A stretch of DNA of 64,000 nucleotides from an uncultured Gemmatimonadales bacterium (GCA_963748815.1 CAVVKJ010000010.1:576001-640000); one strand, 5' to 3'; numbered from the stretch's first letter, positions 19,194 to 31,083 are shown. The notes: generated by a model from the sequence alone, not told the origin. Program-made: numbers and translations.

Positions 19194-20196
19194 CTCTATT
19201 AAAGAAAAGAAGATAGCGAAGAGCCTCGGCGGGAGCAACCGAGATCGAGTCCCCCGCCGCCAGCACCAGGGACGCCTGCAGATCGGCGGGCCATTCCGCC
19301 CGGAATTCGAGGGCCTCTTCGGTGACCGGATGCTTGAACGCCAGCAGTGCCGCATGCAGCGCCTGCCGCGTCGCGGCCCGCTCCACCGCTTCGGCGATCA
19401 GCCGGGCCGACCCCGAGATGCGGCGGCTCCCGCCGGCGCCGTACACCGGGTCGCCAATGACCGGATGGCCGATATGGGCCAGGTGCACCCGAATCTGGTG
19501 GGTCCGGCCCGAGTGCAGCTCCAGCCGGAGGAGGTCGGCCACCTGGAAACGGGCGATGCACCAGGCATCGGTGCGGGCCGGGCGCCCGTCCGCCAGCACG
19601 GCCATCCGCTTCCGATCCCCGGGATGGCGTCCGAGCGGCGCCTCGATTCGGGTCGGGCTCTCGTCGAGGTGGCCCCAGACCAGGGCCGCGTACACCCGGC
19701 GGATCCGGCGGGCGGAGAGCATGTGCCCGAGCCGGCGATGTGCCAGGTCGGTCTTGGCCACCAGCATCAGCCCGGAGGTGTCCTTGTCCAGCCGGTGCAC
19801 GATGCCGGGCCGTCCCTCGGCTCCACCCGAGAGCGTGGTGCCGCGCGCCACGAGGGCGTTGACCAGGGTGTCGTCCCAGTGCCCGGGCGCGGGATGCACG
19901 ACGAGGCCCGCGGGCTTGTCGATGACGGCGAGGTGCTCGTCCTCGTAGATCACCGTGAGCGGGATGTCGGCGGGCCGGATCTGGCGTGGTGGCTCGCCCT
20001 CCGGCAGCGTGACCTCCACCGCGTCGCCGCGGACCAGCAGCCGGGAGGCGCGGGCCACCTTGCCGTTGACGGTCACCCGCTTGTCGGCCACCAGGCGCGC
20101 CGCCTGGGTCCGGGAATACTGGAGCTGATCGGCGAGAAATCGGTCGAGTCGCTCGGTACCGTCGGCGAGGACCGTGAAACGCTGGGGTGCGGTCAT
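19186..20196 (-). CDS. rluD: RluA/RluD-family 23S rRNA pseudouridine synthase
   Basis: S4 domain RLDRFL; DKPAGLVVHP; RPGIVHRLDKDTSG; SGRTHQIRVH; GDPVYG. ATG at 20196. Confidence 0.93.
   Translation of the reverse strand: MTAPQRFTVLADGTERLDRFLADQLQYSRTQAARLVADKRVTVNGKVARASRLLVRGDAVEVTLPEGEPPRQIRPADIPLTVIYEDEHLAVIDKPAGLVVHPAPGHWDDTLVNALVARGTTLSGGAEGRPGIVHRLDKDTSGLMLVAKTDLAHRRLGHMLSARRIRRVYAALVWGHLDESPTRIEAPLGRHPGDRKRMAVLADGRPARTDAWCIARFQVADLLRLELHSGRTHQIRVHLAHIGHPVIGDPVYGAGGSRRISGSARLIAEAVERAATRQALHAALLAFKHPVTEEALEFRAEWPADLQASLVLAAGDSISVAPAEALRYLLFFNRDG
19210..19238 (-). promoter_or_regulatory. Candidate internal sigma70 promoter TTGCTC-N17-TATCTT for the che/mgl cluster, inside the rluD 3' end
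   Basis: -35 at 19238-19233, 17-nt spacer, -10 at 19215-19210, followed by an unusually AT-rich tract before cheW ATG 19193. Confidence 0.5.
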
Positions 20197-20206
20197 GGGG
20201 CCGGCC

Positions 20207-20716
20207 TCAGCCGGCCGACGCAGCTTCGTGGCGGGCCTGCCGGTTGTCTTCCATCCAGAGCGAGATCGCGAGCGCCACGGCGCCACACGTCACCGCGATG
20301 TCGGCCACGTTGAACGTGGGCCAGCGGAGGCTGCCGATGCCGAAATCGAGGAAGTCCACCACGCCGCGAGGACTCCGGATCCGGTCCACGAGGTTGCCCG
20401 CCGCCCCGCCGGCCACGAGGCCGAGGGCCAGCTGGCGCAACCGATCGCCGGTCTCGGCGACGGCCGACATCCGGGTCAGCAGCACCACCGCTCCGAGCGC
20501 CAGCACGAGGAAGATCCAGCGGGAATACGAGCCGAGGTGCAGGCCGAAGGCGGCGCCGGGATTGTACACGAGGGTGAGCTGGAACCACTCCCCCACGACG
20601 GGAATGCCGGTGGTCCGGAGCAGGTACGCTTCGGCCACGAGCTTCGTCAGGGCATCGAGGAGGAGTACGCCGAGGGCGGTCGCGAAGTACAGCCGCCGCT
20701 CACCGGCGCTTGGCAT
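20207..20716 (-). CDS. lspA: Lipoprotein signal peptidase II
   Basis: DALTK, NPGAAFG, GGAAGNLVDR, GVVDF, WPTFNVAD. Confidence 0.96.
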   Translation of the reverse strand: MPSAGERRLYFATALGVLLLDALTKLVAEAYLLRTTGIPVVGEWFQLTLVYNPGAAFGLHLGSYSRWIFLVLALGAVVLLTRMSAVAETGDRLRQLALGLVAGGAAGNLVDRIRSPRGVVDFLDFGIGSLRWPTFNVADIAVTCGAVALAISLWMEDNRQARHEAASAG

Positions 20717-21083
20717 CCTCTTCCTTTTCCTTGCAGCTGATGCAGAGGCGGGCGTGCGGCAGCGCGTCGAGGCGCTCGAAGTTGATGGCCGAGCCGCAGC
20801 TCTCGCAGGTGCCGAACTTCTCGGGGTTGTTGTAGAGCCGCCCCAGCGCCTGGTTGACGTGCCAGAGGTATCGGCCCTCCTTGGACGCCATCAGGAACTG
20901 CTTCTCGCGCTCCATGGCGTCGGTCCCCTGGTCGGCCATGTGGAACGAGTAGGAGCTGAGGTCGCCGTCGGCGCCCTGCAGGGTGGAGTTGAAGGACTCG
21001 TCGTAGTGGCCGAGTTCCTTCATCACGCGGGCCCGTTCCTCGATGAGTCGCTTCTCGAAATACGTCAGCTGCTTCTTGTTCAT
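20700..21083 (-). CDS. TraR/DksA C4 zinc-finger protein
   Basis: Coiled coil HMADQGTDAMERE; FGTCESCG...ERLDALPHARLCISC. Confidence 0.92.
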   Translation of the reverse strand: MNKKQLTYFEKRLIEERARVMKELGHYDESFNSTLQGADGDLSSYSFHMADQGTDAMEREKQFLMASKEGRYLWHVNQALGRLYNNPEKFGTCESCGSAINFERLDALPHARLCISCKEKEEDAKRR

Positions 21084-24000
21084 GCCCTGTCCGTGTCTGT
21101 GTGCCGGCCGGTGGGCCGGACATCGTCGTGTCGTTGAATGCCGATGACCGCGTCGTGCCCGTCGAGCGTCACGCGCTGCTCGCGGTCCGGGCGGTCGGCC
21201 CGTGATCCTACCACCAATGCGCGGGCGAGGGTCTCGCCCTGGATGAACTCCGCGTGCGCCTGCACCGCGGCCAGCAGCTCGGGCGCGCCGTCAATGGCCA
21301 GCGCCACCCGGGTCGAGAGGTCGTACCCCGCTTCCTTGCGGAGGCGCTGGATGCGATTGACCATTTCGCGCGCCACCCCCTCCTGCCGGAGGGCCGCGGT
21401 GAGTACGGGATCGAGCGCCGCCACGAAGGGTCCGTCGCTCTGGACCGCCAGGTCGCTGGCCACCTCCCTGCTCACTGCCACATCCTCGGAAAGATACTCA
21501 AATCGCCGCCCGTCCACCTCCACCGAGGCCACCCCGCCTCCCTCGAGCTCCCGGAGTTGATCCGGGTCGAGGCGGGCGGCGGCGGCCGCGGCCAGCGGGG
21601 TGTCCTTGCCGTAGCGCTTCCCGAGTGACCGGAAATTCGGCTTGGCGCGGAGGGTGACGAGGTCGGCGTCCGAGGCCACGATCTCCACCGCCTTCACGTT
21701 GACCTCGCGGCCGAGCAGCCCGAGCAGCGAGGTGAAGGCGGGGCCCTGCACCGTGGACGGCACCGCGACCACCATCCGGGCCAGCGGTTGCCGCACGCCA
21801 GAGCCGATCTCCTCCCGCGCGGCGCGAGCCAGCGAGGCCAGCCGCCGCACCGCATCCATCGCCGCTTCAAGCGGTTCGTCGCGCGCCCCGCCCGGCGCCG
21901 GAAACCGGGCCAGGTGAACCGACGAACCGGCCAGGCCGCGATGCATCCAGTCGGAGAGGAACGGCGCCGCCGGCGCGAGGAGGCGCGAGACGGTGACGAG
22001 ACAGGTATGGAGGGTGGCGAGCGCCTCCGGGTCGGCCTCGGCGTCCGCCGCCCAGAAGCGGGCCCGGTTCAGGCGAACGTACCAGTTCGACAGGTCGTCG
22101 ACCACGAACCCCATCAGCGCCCTGGTCCCGGCGGTGACATCGTAGCCGTCCCACGCGGCGTTCACCTCGTCGACGACGGCGGCCAGCCGGCTCATGATCC
22201 ACCGGTCGGCGAGCGACGCCGGCGCGGCGGGCGGCGCCTCGGCGGGCCGCCACTCGCCGGCATACTGGGCAAAGAACCGGTAGGTGTTGCGCAGCGTGTT
22301 CACGAAGCCGCCCGCCACCTCCGGAATGGTCCGCGCGTCGAACTTTTTCGGGAGCCAGACCTGGCTCGACACCAGCAGGTAGAGCCGCACCACGTCGGCC
22401 CCGTGCTCCGCCAGCAGCTCGCTCGGGTTCACGACGTTGCCGCGGCTCTTGGACATCTTCTGGCCGTCGGCGTCGAGGACCAGCTCGTTGACGATGACGT
22501 TGCGATACGCCGGCGCGTCGAACGCCGCGGTGGAGATGGCGAGCAGCGAGTAGAACCACCCGCGGGTCTGGTCGATCCCCTCGCAGATGAAGTCCGCGGG
22601 GAACTGCGCCTGGAATTCCGCCTCGTGCTCGAACGGGTAGTGCCATTGCGCGTAGGGCATCGAGCCGGAATCGAACCAGGTGTCGATGACCTCGGTGGCA
22701 CGCGTCATCGTGCCGCCGCAGTCGCAGCTCCAGCGGTACTCGTCGATGAACGGCTTGTGGGGGTCAAAGTCCGCCGGCAGCTCCCTGCCCCACCGCCTGG
22801 CAAGCTCCGCGTAGCTGCCGATGACCGTCACGTGCGAGGGGTCCTGGTCGCAAGACCAGACCGGCAGCGGCGTCCCCCAGTACCGGTCGCGGCTCAGCGC
22901 CCAGTCCACGTTGTTCGACAGCCACTCGCCGAACCGTCCCGCACCGACCTCGGGGGGATGCCACGCGACCTCGGCGTTGAGCGCGAGCATCCGCTCGCGG
23001 AGCGACGAGGTCCGGACGAACCAGGAATCCCGGGCGTAGTAGATCAGCTTGCTGCGACACCGCCAGCAGTGGGGATAGGTGTGGACGTACTGCTCGGTCA
23101 GGAGGTGGCGCCCGTCGGCCTTGAGCCGCCGGATGATCAGCTCGTTGGTCTGGTCGTCGGTGACCAGCAGACCGTCGAGCTCGGGCCAGGTGGTGCCGAC
23201 GAAGGTCCCGTCCGCCGCCACGGGCCGGAGCAGCGCCAGGCCGTGGGTCTGTCCGGCGGCGTAGTCGTCGGCGCCGAAGGCCGGCGCCATGTGCACGATG
23301 CCGGAGCCGTCGGTGGCGGTCACGAAATCGCCGGCCACCACGACGCTGTGCGCCCGGTCGTCCGGCAAGGGGACGACATCGAGCGGGCGGACATACCGGA
23401 GGCCGACCAGGTCCGCGCCCAGCAGAGTTCGGACCGGCTCGGTCACGCCCCCCTCCCCGAAGAGCCGCGCCAGCAATTTCGGCGCGAGGCTCGTGGCCAT
23501 CACCAGCCGGCGGCCCGGCGCCCGCGGATCGGCATACTCACCGTACTCGAGCTCCGGGTGGACCGCGGCCGCCACGTTGGAGGGGAGCGTCCACGGCGTC
23601 GTCGTCCAGACGACCAGCTCGCGGCCGGAGCCGTCCTCCAGCGGGAAGGTCACGAAGATGGCGCGGTCCCGCACCTCCTCGTACCCCTGCGCCAGCTCGT
23701 GGCTCGAGAGGACGGTACCGCAGCGCGGACAGTACGGCAGGACCCGGTGCCCCCGGTAGAGCAGGTCGCGGTCGTGCAGCCGGCGGAGGATCGACCAGAC
23801 CGATTCCACGTACTCATTGCTGAAGGTGATGTAGGGATGGTCGTAGTCGAGCCAGTACCCGATCCGGTCGGACAGCGCCTCCCAGTCGGACTTGTAGGTG
23901 AAGACGCTGCTCCGGCACAGCGCGTTGAACCGCTCGACGCCGTATTCCTCGATGGCCTTCTTCCCCTTCAGGCCCAGCTGCTTTTCCACCTCGATTTCGA

Positions 24001-24274
24001 CCGGCAGCCCGTGCGTGTCCCACCCCGCGATGCGGGTGACCGACCGCCCCTGCATGGCGCGGAACCGGCAGACGAGGTCCTTGATGGTCCGGGAGAAGAC
24101 GTGGTGGATGCCCGGCCGGCCGTTGGCGGTCGGCGGACCCTCGAAGAAGACGAACGGCGTCCCCCCCTTCCCCACCGCAAGGCTCTGACGGAAGAGGTCT
24201 TCCGCCTTCCAGGTCGCGAGCAACTGCTGCTCGAGCTGGTCCGCGGCAAGATCGGGAAGGAGGGGAAAGGCCAT
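21080..24274 (-). CDS. ileS: Isoleucyl-tRNA synthetase, type 2 (GIHH signature)
   Basis: FFEGPPTANGRPGIHH, GWDTHGLPVE, WTTTPWTLP, GSGIVHMAPAFG, DWALSRDRYWG, EGIDQTRGWF, KMSKS; IleRS2-type C-terminus (EGVAREMVNRIQRLRK). ATG at 24274. Confidence 0.97.
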   Translation of the reverse strand: MAFPLLPDLAADQLEQQLLATWKAEDLFRQSLAVGKGGTPFVFFEGPPTANGRPGIHHVFSRTIKDLVCRFRAMQGRSVTRIAGWDTHGLPVEIEVEKQLGLKGKKAIEEYGVERFNALCRSSVFTYKSDWEALSDRIGYWLDYDHPYITFSNEYVESVWSILRRLHDRDLLYRGHRVLPYCPRCGTVLSSHELAQGYEEVRDRAIFVTFPLEDGSGRELVVWTTTPWTLPSNVAAAVHPELEYGEYADPRAPGRRLVMATSLAPKLLARLFGEGGVTEPVRTLLGADLVGLRYVRPLDVVPLPDDRAHSVVVAGDFVTATDGSGIVHMAPAFGADDYAAGQTHGLALLRPVAADGTFVGTTWPELDGLLVTDDQTNELIIRRLKADGRHLLTEQYVHTYPHCWRCRSKLIYYARDSWFVRTSSLRERMLALNAEVAWHPPEVGAGRFGEWLSNNVDWALSRDRYWGTPLPVWSCDQDPSHVTVIGSYAELARRWGRELPADFDPHKPFIDEYRWSCDCGGTMTRATEVIDTWFDSGSMPYAQWHYPFEHEAEFQAQFPADFICEGIDQTRGWFYSLLAISTAAFDAPAYRNVIVNELVLDADGQKMSKSRGNVVNPSELLAEHGADVVRLYLLVSSQVWLPKKFDARTIPEVAGGFVNTLRNTYRFFAQYAGEWRPAEAPPAAPASLADRWIMSRLAAVVDEVNAAWDGYDVTAGTRALMGFVVDDLSNWYVRLNRARFWAADAEADPEALATLHTCLVTVSRLLAPAAPFLSDWMHRGLAGSSVHLARFPAPGGARDEPLEAAMDAVRRLASLARAAREEIGSGVRQPLARMVVAVPSTVQGPAFTSLLGLLGREVNVKAVEIVASDADLVTLRAKPNFRSLGKRYGKDTPLAAAAAARLDPDQLRELEGGGVASVEVDGRRFEYLSEDVAVSREVASDLAVQSDGPFVAALDPVLTAALRQEGVAREMVNRIQRLRKEAGYDLSTRVALAIDGAPELLAAVQAHAEFIQGETLARALVVGSRADRPDREQRVTLDGHDAVIGIQRHDDVRPTGRHTDTDRA

Positions 24275-24299
24275 CAGGAACGGCGGCGCGGGAGCGCGC

Positions 24300-24818
24300 T
24301 CACGCCTGCTTCTTGAGGACGGGCTCGGTCTGCGACTGGGCGGCCGTCTGGGCGTAGGCCTGCAACCCGTCGACTTCACCGAGCTGCCGCTCCAGCAGGG
24401 CCCGGAAATTCGCGAGGAAGGCGGCAAACTGACGCTTGCCGACGTCAGTGCGTTCGCGGAGGAGTCGCTCCTCTCCCTGGGTTTCGTTCAACAGTTGCAG
24501 CGCCTCGGTCCTGGCCTCGCGGAGGATCAGCTCGGCGTCCTTGCGGGCCTGCTGCTCCGCGTCGACGCGCAATTGCTGCGCCGCCAGGAGCGCCTCGTTC
24601 ATGGCGCGCTCCCGGTCGCGGAAGGCGCGCAGCTGCTCCTGGAATCCCCGCATCCGCTCCTCGAGCTGCGCCCGCTCGCGGAGCGCCCGCTCGAACTCCT
24701 CCGACACCCGCTGCTGGAACGACTCCACCAGCGCAGGGTCGTAGCCGCGGAAGGTGCGCGGGAACTCGTGGCCCCGGATGTCGTGCGGGGTAAGCTGGAA
24801 GCTGTCATCGGTCGTCAT
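24300..24818 (-). CDS. divIVA: DivIVA-domain protein
   Basis: LTPHDIRGHEFPRTFRGYDPALVESF followed by a long coiled coil; conserved yggS-divIVA-ileS context. Confidence 0.92.
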   Translation of the reverse strand: MTTDDSFQLTPHDIRGHEFPRTFRGYDPALVESFQQRVSEEFERALRERAQLEERMRGFQEQLRAFRDRERAMNEALLAAQQLRVDAEQQARKDAELILREARTEALQLLNETQGEERLLRERTDVGKRQFAAFLANFRALLERQLGEVDGLQAYAQTAAQSQTEPVLKKQA

Positions 24819-25501
24819 GCGGGTCGTCCCCCGAACAGAATCGTTCCCAACCTGACCATCGTGGCCCCCTCCTCCACCGCCACTTCGAAATCTCCGGACA
24901 TCCCCATCGAGAGCTCCGGCAGGGCGTGCCCACGGGCGGTGGCGTCATCGCGCAGGCGGCGGAGCATCCCGAACGCCCGTCGCTGGAGCGCCTCGTCGTC
25001 GGTGAGTTCCGCCATGGTCATCAGGCCGCGGAGCTCCAGCCGGCGGCAGTCGCGCACCGCGTCGAGCAACGCCGGCAATTCCGCCGGCTCGACGCCGCCC
25101 TTCTGCGGCTCCGCCGAGCAGTTGACCTGCACGAGGACCGCCTGGCGGGCGCCTTCCGCCGTGCGACGGTCAAGTTCGTGGGCCAGTCCGAGACGATCGA
25201 CGGAGTGCACCAGGGAAAACCGCCCGACGACACGCCGCGCCTTGTTCTGCTGCAGCGTCCCGATCAGGTGCCAGTGGACGGACAGCTCCGGCAGGGCATC
25301 CTGCTTCGGCAACGCCTCCTGGACGCGATTTTCGCCGACATCATGCAGCCCGGCCGCAACCGCGGCGCGCACCGCCTCCGGCCCGAAGGTCTTGGTGACC
25401 GCCACGACCGTCACGGCCTGCGACCGGCCGGCGCGCGCCTGGGCCGCCGCGATCCGCTCCCGGACCGACGCGAGCCGTCCGGGAAGCTCCGGGAATGTCA
25501 T
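24815..25501 (-). CDS. yggS: YggS/PLPBP pyridoxal-phosphate homeostasis protein
   Basis: VAVTK, GENRVQE, WHLIGTLQ.NK, HSVD, GLMTM, LSMGMSGDF, GATMVRLGT.LFG. Confidence 0.95.
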   Translation of the reverse strand: MTFPELPGRLASVRERIAAAQARAGRSQAVTVVAVTKTFGPEAVRAAVAAGLHDVGENRVQEALPKQDALPELSVHWHLIGTLQQNKARRVVGRFSLVHSVDRLGLAHELDRRTAEGARQAVLVQVNCSAEPQKGGVEPAELPALLDAVRDCRRLELRGLMTMAELTDDEALQRRAFGMLRRLRDDATARGHALPELSMGMSGDFEVAVEEGATMVRLGTILFGGRPA

Positions 25502-25546
25502 AACCGCGAAAAATACAACGAGTTGGCAGGGATTTGCAGGGAGCGG

Positions 25547-27922
25547 TCAGGGAGCATCCGCGCTCGGCAGGAGGGGACGGAGGCGGGCCTGCGAGAGCGC
25601 GGCCGCGAGCGCGGGGTTCGGCGAAAGCGCGAACGCCAGTTCGAGGTTCCGGATCATCATCGGCTCGTCGCCGGCGTCCTGGAAGGCATAGGCCAACTGG
25701 GTCGGCGGCAAGGCGAGCGTCGAGGCGAACGAACGGCTGGTCACCTCGAGCCCGGAAGACGTCCCGGTCCGCAGTCCTGCGTAGCGGTAGGTCTCCCACA
25801 CCAGTCGTTCGGTGAGCGGCAGGTCGAGCAGCGCCCCCGCAAGACGCTGCCGGTCGATGCCGGGGGCGAGCGAGTCCGGCGCGGTGGGCTGCAGGTGGAA
25901 CACCAGCCCCGCCTGCAGGAGGTAGGGATCGAGCGAGAGGAAGTTCCTCCCGGTGGTCACCGACCAGGCGACGGGACGGCGGCCGAGGTTCTGCTGGATG
26001 ACCCGGGCCACGATGAAGTCGCTTTGGTAGAAGATCGTGCCCGCCTGGTAGGTGCGCCGGTAGGGACCAAAGGTGACGGTGACCGGCTTGTCGAGCTGCC
26101 GGGGATACGCGGCCTCGATGTCGGCGTCACTCATCGGCGAGGTGGGCCAGTCCGGGCGCGTGGCCGCAAGGCCCTGCCAGACCGCGGGGGCCGCCGCCTC
26201 GTCAAACGGACGAATGGGCGCCTCGCGGAGCTGGCGGGCGTACCAGCCGGTGTTGGCCAGGGCCAGGCAGACGACGGTGACGTCCTGGCGAATCCCCTCG
26301 ACCTCCTGGGCCCACCAGAGGGGGAAGGTGTCGTTGTCGCCGTAGGTGAAGAGGACGCCGTAGGGCGGCACCGAGTTCAGGAGATCATAGGCAAAATCCG
26401 CGGCCAGGCGCGCGTCAGGGCCATGCCGGCGGCTCGCTGCGCTGAGGTTGGCGGCGGCGGGCGCGAAGGCGAGCAGGAAGAGCAACGGCACGGCCGCGCG
26501 GAGCGGCGGACTCGTGACACGTGCGAGCGCCTCGCGCACCAGCGACGCCAGTCCAATGCCTGCCCAGACGCCCCAGACCAGGAAACTCACCACGAAGAAG
26601 TAGTCCCGCTCCCGGACTTCGTGCTGCGATCCCTCGGGGAAGAGGGCGTATCCGAGCGAGGCGCCGGGCTTGAAATTCATGTAGGCCACGAGCCCGAACC
26701 CGGTCACCAGGAAGAGAGTGAGGAGCATCCACCACCCGGCGCGGTCGGCGCGCCGCTGCGCGAAGAGCCCGCGGAGGCCGAGCACGGTCACGAACACGGC
26801 GCCGAGGAGCTGGCCGGTGACGAGCCCCGACCCCCACTTTGCCAGGCCGCGCCCCCACTGCCAGTTGAAGTACTGCAGGTAGTTCTGGATTTGCAGCGCC
26901 ATGATGGTGAGGCTGCGGCCGGGGTTGGACGGCCCGTGGGCGACCGTGGGATCGTCGAGCGGCGTCCGGACCGGATACTGCTCGCGACGGATGACGGCCA
27001 GGAGGGCGTCCCAGGTGGAGGGATCGGCCTCGTTCGGCACCGGCGACTGGCCGGCGCGGATGTAGAGGAAGAGGTAGGTCGTCACGCCGATCGCGGCGAC
27101 GCCGAACGCGAGGAGGGCAAAGGGAAGCATCCCCGCCATCGCCGCGAAGACGACCGCCACGAGGAAGCAGAGTCCGCCCAGCACGATGAGCGGCGTGCTC
27201 CCCAGGCCGGTGCCGATGAGCAGCGCCCACAGACCCGCCACGACCGCCACGGTGGCCCACTCCTGGCGGCGGACCGAATCCGACACGGCGGGAGCGCCGT
27301 GAATCGTGGCCACGAGGAACATCACTACCGCCGGTCCCGCCAGGAGGGCCAGGAGGTGGTTCCCCATCGAGATGCCGGCGAGATACACGATGAGGAGGAT
27401 CAGTCGGAGGGAGCGCTCGGTTCCGCGCGCCGCGCGCCACCGGAGGCAGAGCCAGCAGATCAGCGCGATGGTGAACGTCGCGACGCTGTAGACCTCGGTC
27501 TCGTTCGAGTTCTGCCACTGGGTGAAGCTGAAGGCGGACAGGAGCCCGGCGGCCATGGCGCCGCCGGTGGCCACGAGCTTTCGCGTCGACTCGGTCAGAT
27601 CACCGCCGGCGCGCCAGAGCGCCTCGTGCGCCACGAGAAAGAAGAACCCCGCCGCCGCCGCGCTGAACGTGGCGCTCATGAGATTGGTGCGCCAGGCGTA
27701 CTCGCCCACCGGGAAGAGCGCGGCCCAGACGTGGCCCAACATCACGAAGAGCGGGGTGCCCGGCGGGTGCGGGATGCCGAGATTGTGGATGGAGGCAATC
27801 AATTCCCCCGCGTCCCAGAAGGTGACGCTGGGAGCGAGCGTAAGCACGTACCCGGTCAGCACCAGGGCAAAGAGGGCGAGCGCCGCGAAGTAGGGCGGCC
27901 GGTTGTCGTCGCGAGGGGTCAG
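25547..27922 (-). CDS. DUF2723 (TMEM260-like, GT-C fold) membrane protein; probable CTG start at 27922
   Basis: TLAPSVTFWDAGE, LGIPHPPGTPL, ETEVYS, NHLL, HEVRERDYF, FTYGDNDTFPLW; many TM helices. Confidence 0.88.
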   Translation of the reverse strand: MTPRDDNRPPYFAALALFALVLTGYVLTLAPSVTFWDAGELIASIHNLGIPHPPGTPLFVMLGHVWAALFPVGEYAWRTNLMSATFSAAAAGFFFLVAHEALWRAGGDLTESTRKLVATGGAMAAGLLSAFSFTQWQNSNETEVYSVATFTIALICWLCLRWRAARGTERSLRLILLIVYLAGISMGNHLLALLAGPAVVMFLVATIHGAPAVSDSVRRQEWATVAVVAGLWALLIGTGLGSTPLIVLGGLCFLVAVVFAAMAGMLPFALLAFGVAAIGVTTYLFLYIRAGQSPVPNEADPSTWDALLAVIRREQYPVRTPLDDPTVAHGPSNPGRSLTIMALQIQNYLQYFNWQWGRGLAKWGSGLVTGQLLGAVFVTVLGLRGLFAQRRADRAGWWMLLTLFLVTGFGLVAYMNFKPGASLGYALFPEGSQHEVRERDYFFVVSFLVWGVWAGIGLASLVREALARVTSPPLRAAVPLLFLLAFAPAAANLSAASRRHGPDARLAADFAYDLLNSVPPYGVLFTYGDNDTFPLWWAQEVEGIRQDVTVVCLALANTGWYARQLREAPIRPFDEAAAPAVWQGLAATRPDWPTSPMSDADIEAAYPRQLDKPVTVTFGPYRRTYQAGTIFYQSDFIVARVIQQNLGRRPVAWSVTTGRNFLSLDPYLLQAGLVFHLQPTAPDSLAPGIDRQRLAGALLDLPLTERLVWETYRYAGLRTGTSSGLEVTSRSFASTLALPPTQLAYAFQDAGDEPMMIRNLELAFALSPNPALAAALSQARLRPLLPSADAP

Positions 27923-29093
27923 TGGGCCACTCCGAGGGCGTGGGCGATGGCGAGCGCATCGCGCACCGCCGCAGGTTCGTGAACGCGGAAGAGCCGGGCG
28001 CCCCGCGCGTAGGTCAGGGCGCAGAGGGCGGCGGTGGCCCGGTCCCGGTCCGCGACGTCGCGGTCGGCGACCGCGCCGAGAAATCGCTTGCGTGAGGGTC
28101 CCACGAGAATCGGCCGGCCGAGCGCGTGCAACGCCGCCAGCTGGTCGGCGAGCAAAATATTTTGGTCGACGGTCTTGGAGAAGCCGAACCCCGGGTCCAC
28201 GACAATCCGGTCGGCGCCGATCCCGGCCGACGTGGCCCGATCCACCGCCTGCCGCAGTTCTCCGACGACTTCCCCGACGACGTCACCGCCGTAGTCGGCG
28301 CCGTCGTAGGTGGCCATCGACGCGAGGTCGCCGCGGGAATGCATCACGATGATGCCCGCGCCCGCCGCGGCGACGACGCCCGCAAGCTCCGGATCGAGCC
28401 GCAAGCCGGACACGTCGTTGATCGCGCTGGCCCCGGCGGCCAGCGCCACGCGGGCCGTCGCCGACTTCACCGTATCCACCGAGATCGGGAGTGCGGGCCA
28501 CCGCGCCCGGAGCGCCTCCACCACCGGCACCACGCGGGCGATTTCCTCTTCCGCCGGGACGGGGGCGGGCCGTCCCGGCCGCGTGGACTCGCCGCCGACG
28601 TCGAGCATCGTGGCACCAGCGGCGATCATCTCCTCCGCCCGTGCCAGGGCCGCCGCCACCGTCGGGAGCCGCCCGCCATCGCTGAAGCTGTCCGGCGTCG
28701 CGTTGAGGATGCCGACAATGACTGGCCGGTCGAGATCGAGGCTCCCCGACGCCGTGATCCACACCGCCGGAAGTTCCATCGGGAGGGCGAGGCCCACCTG
28801 GAACGCCACCTCGGCGAGTTCGGGGGGACCGACCCATGGCCGGGCCAGCGCCTGCAGCCGGGCCCGGCTGCCGCTGATGAGCGCGCCCGTCTCCGTAGTC
28901 AGGATGTCGAGCCCCAGCTTGCCACCGGCGTAGGCCACCAGCGCCTCCCGGGTGGCGTCGTCGAGTCCCGACAAATGCAATGCGGCCGGCTCAGTGCCCT
29001 GAGCGGCCGCATCGGCCTTCCACTCTTCGAAGCCCCCTGCCCGGAGCACCGCCCGCACCGCCTCCCGCGAGGCCGCGGCGAGCGGAGTCACCT

Positions 29094-29097
<4 letters not shown>
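27919..29097 (-). CDS. folP: Dihydropteroate synthase with N-terminal extension
   Basis: GILNATPDSFSDGG, DVGGESTRPG, SVDT.K, INDVSG, VDPGFGFSK, GPSRKRF, RVHE. Confidence 0.96.
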
Positions 29098-31080
<1,983 letters not shown>

Positions 31081-31083
31081 TCG

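Noticed and set aside
24275..24299. T-box or attenuator upstream of ileS
   Set aside because: Only ~25 nt separate divIVA from ileS, too little for such a leader.
24926..27982. Long plus-strand ORFs (1018 aa here; also 12997-15735, 16145-18535, 21788-24316, 53793-56111 and others)
   Set aside because: They are antisense shadows of well-supported minus-strand genes, expected in high-GC DNA, and show no recognisable motifs.
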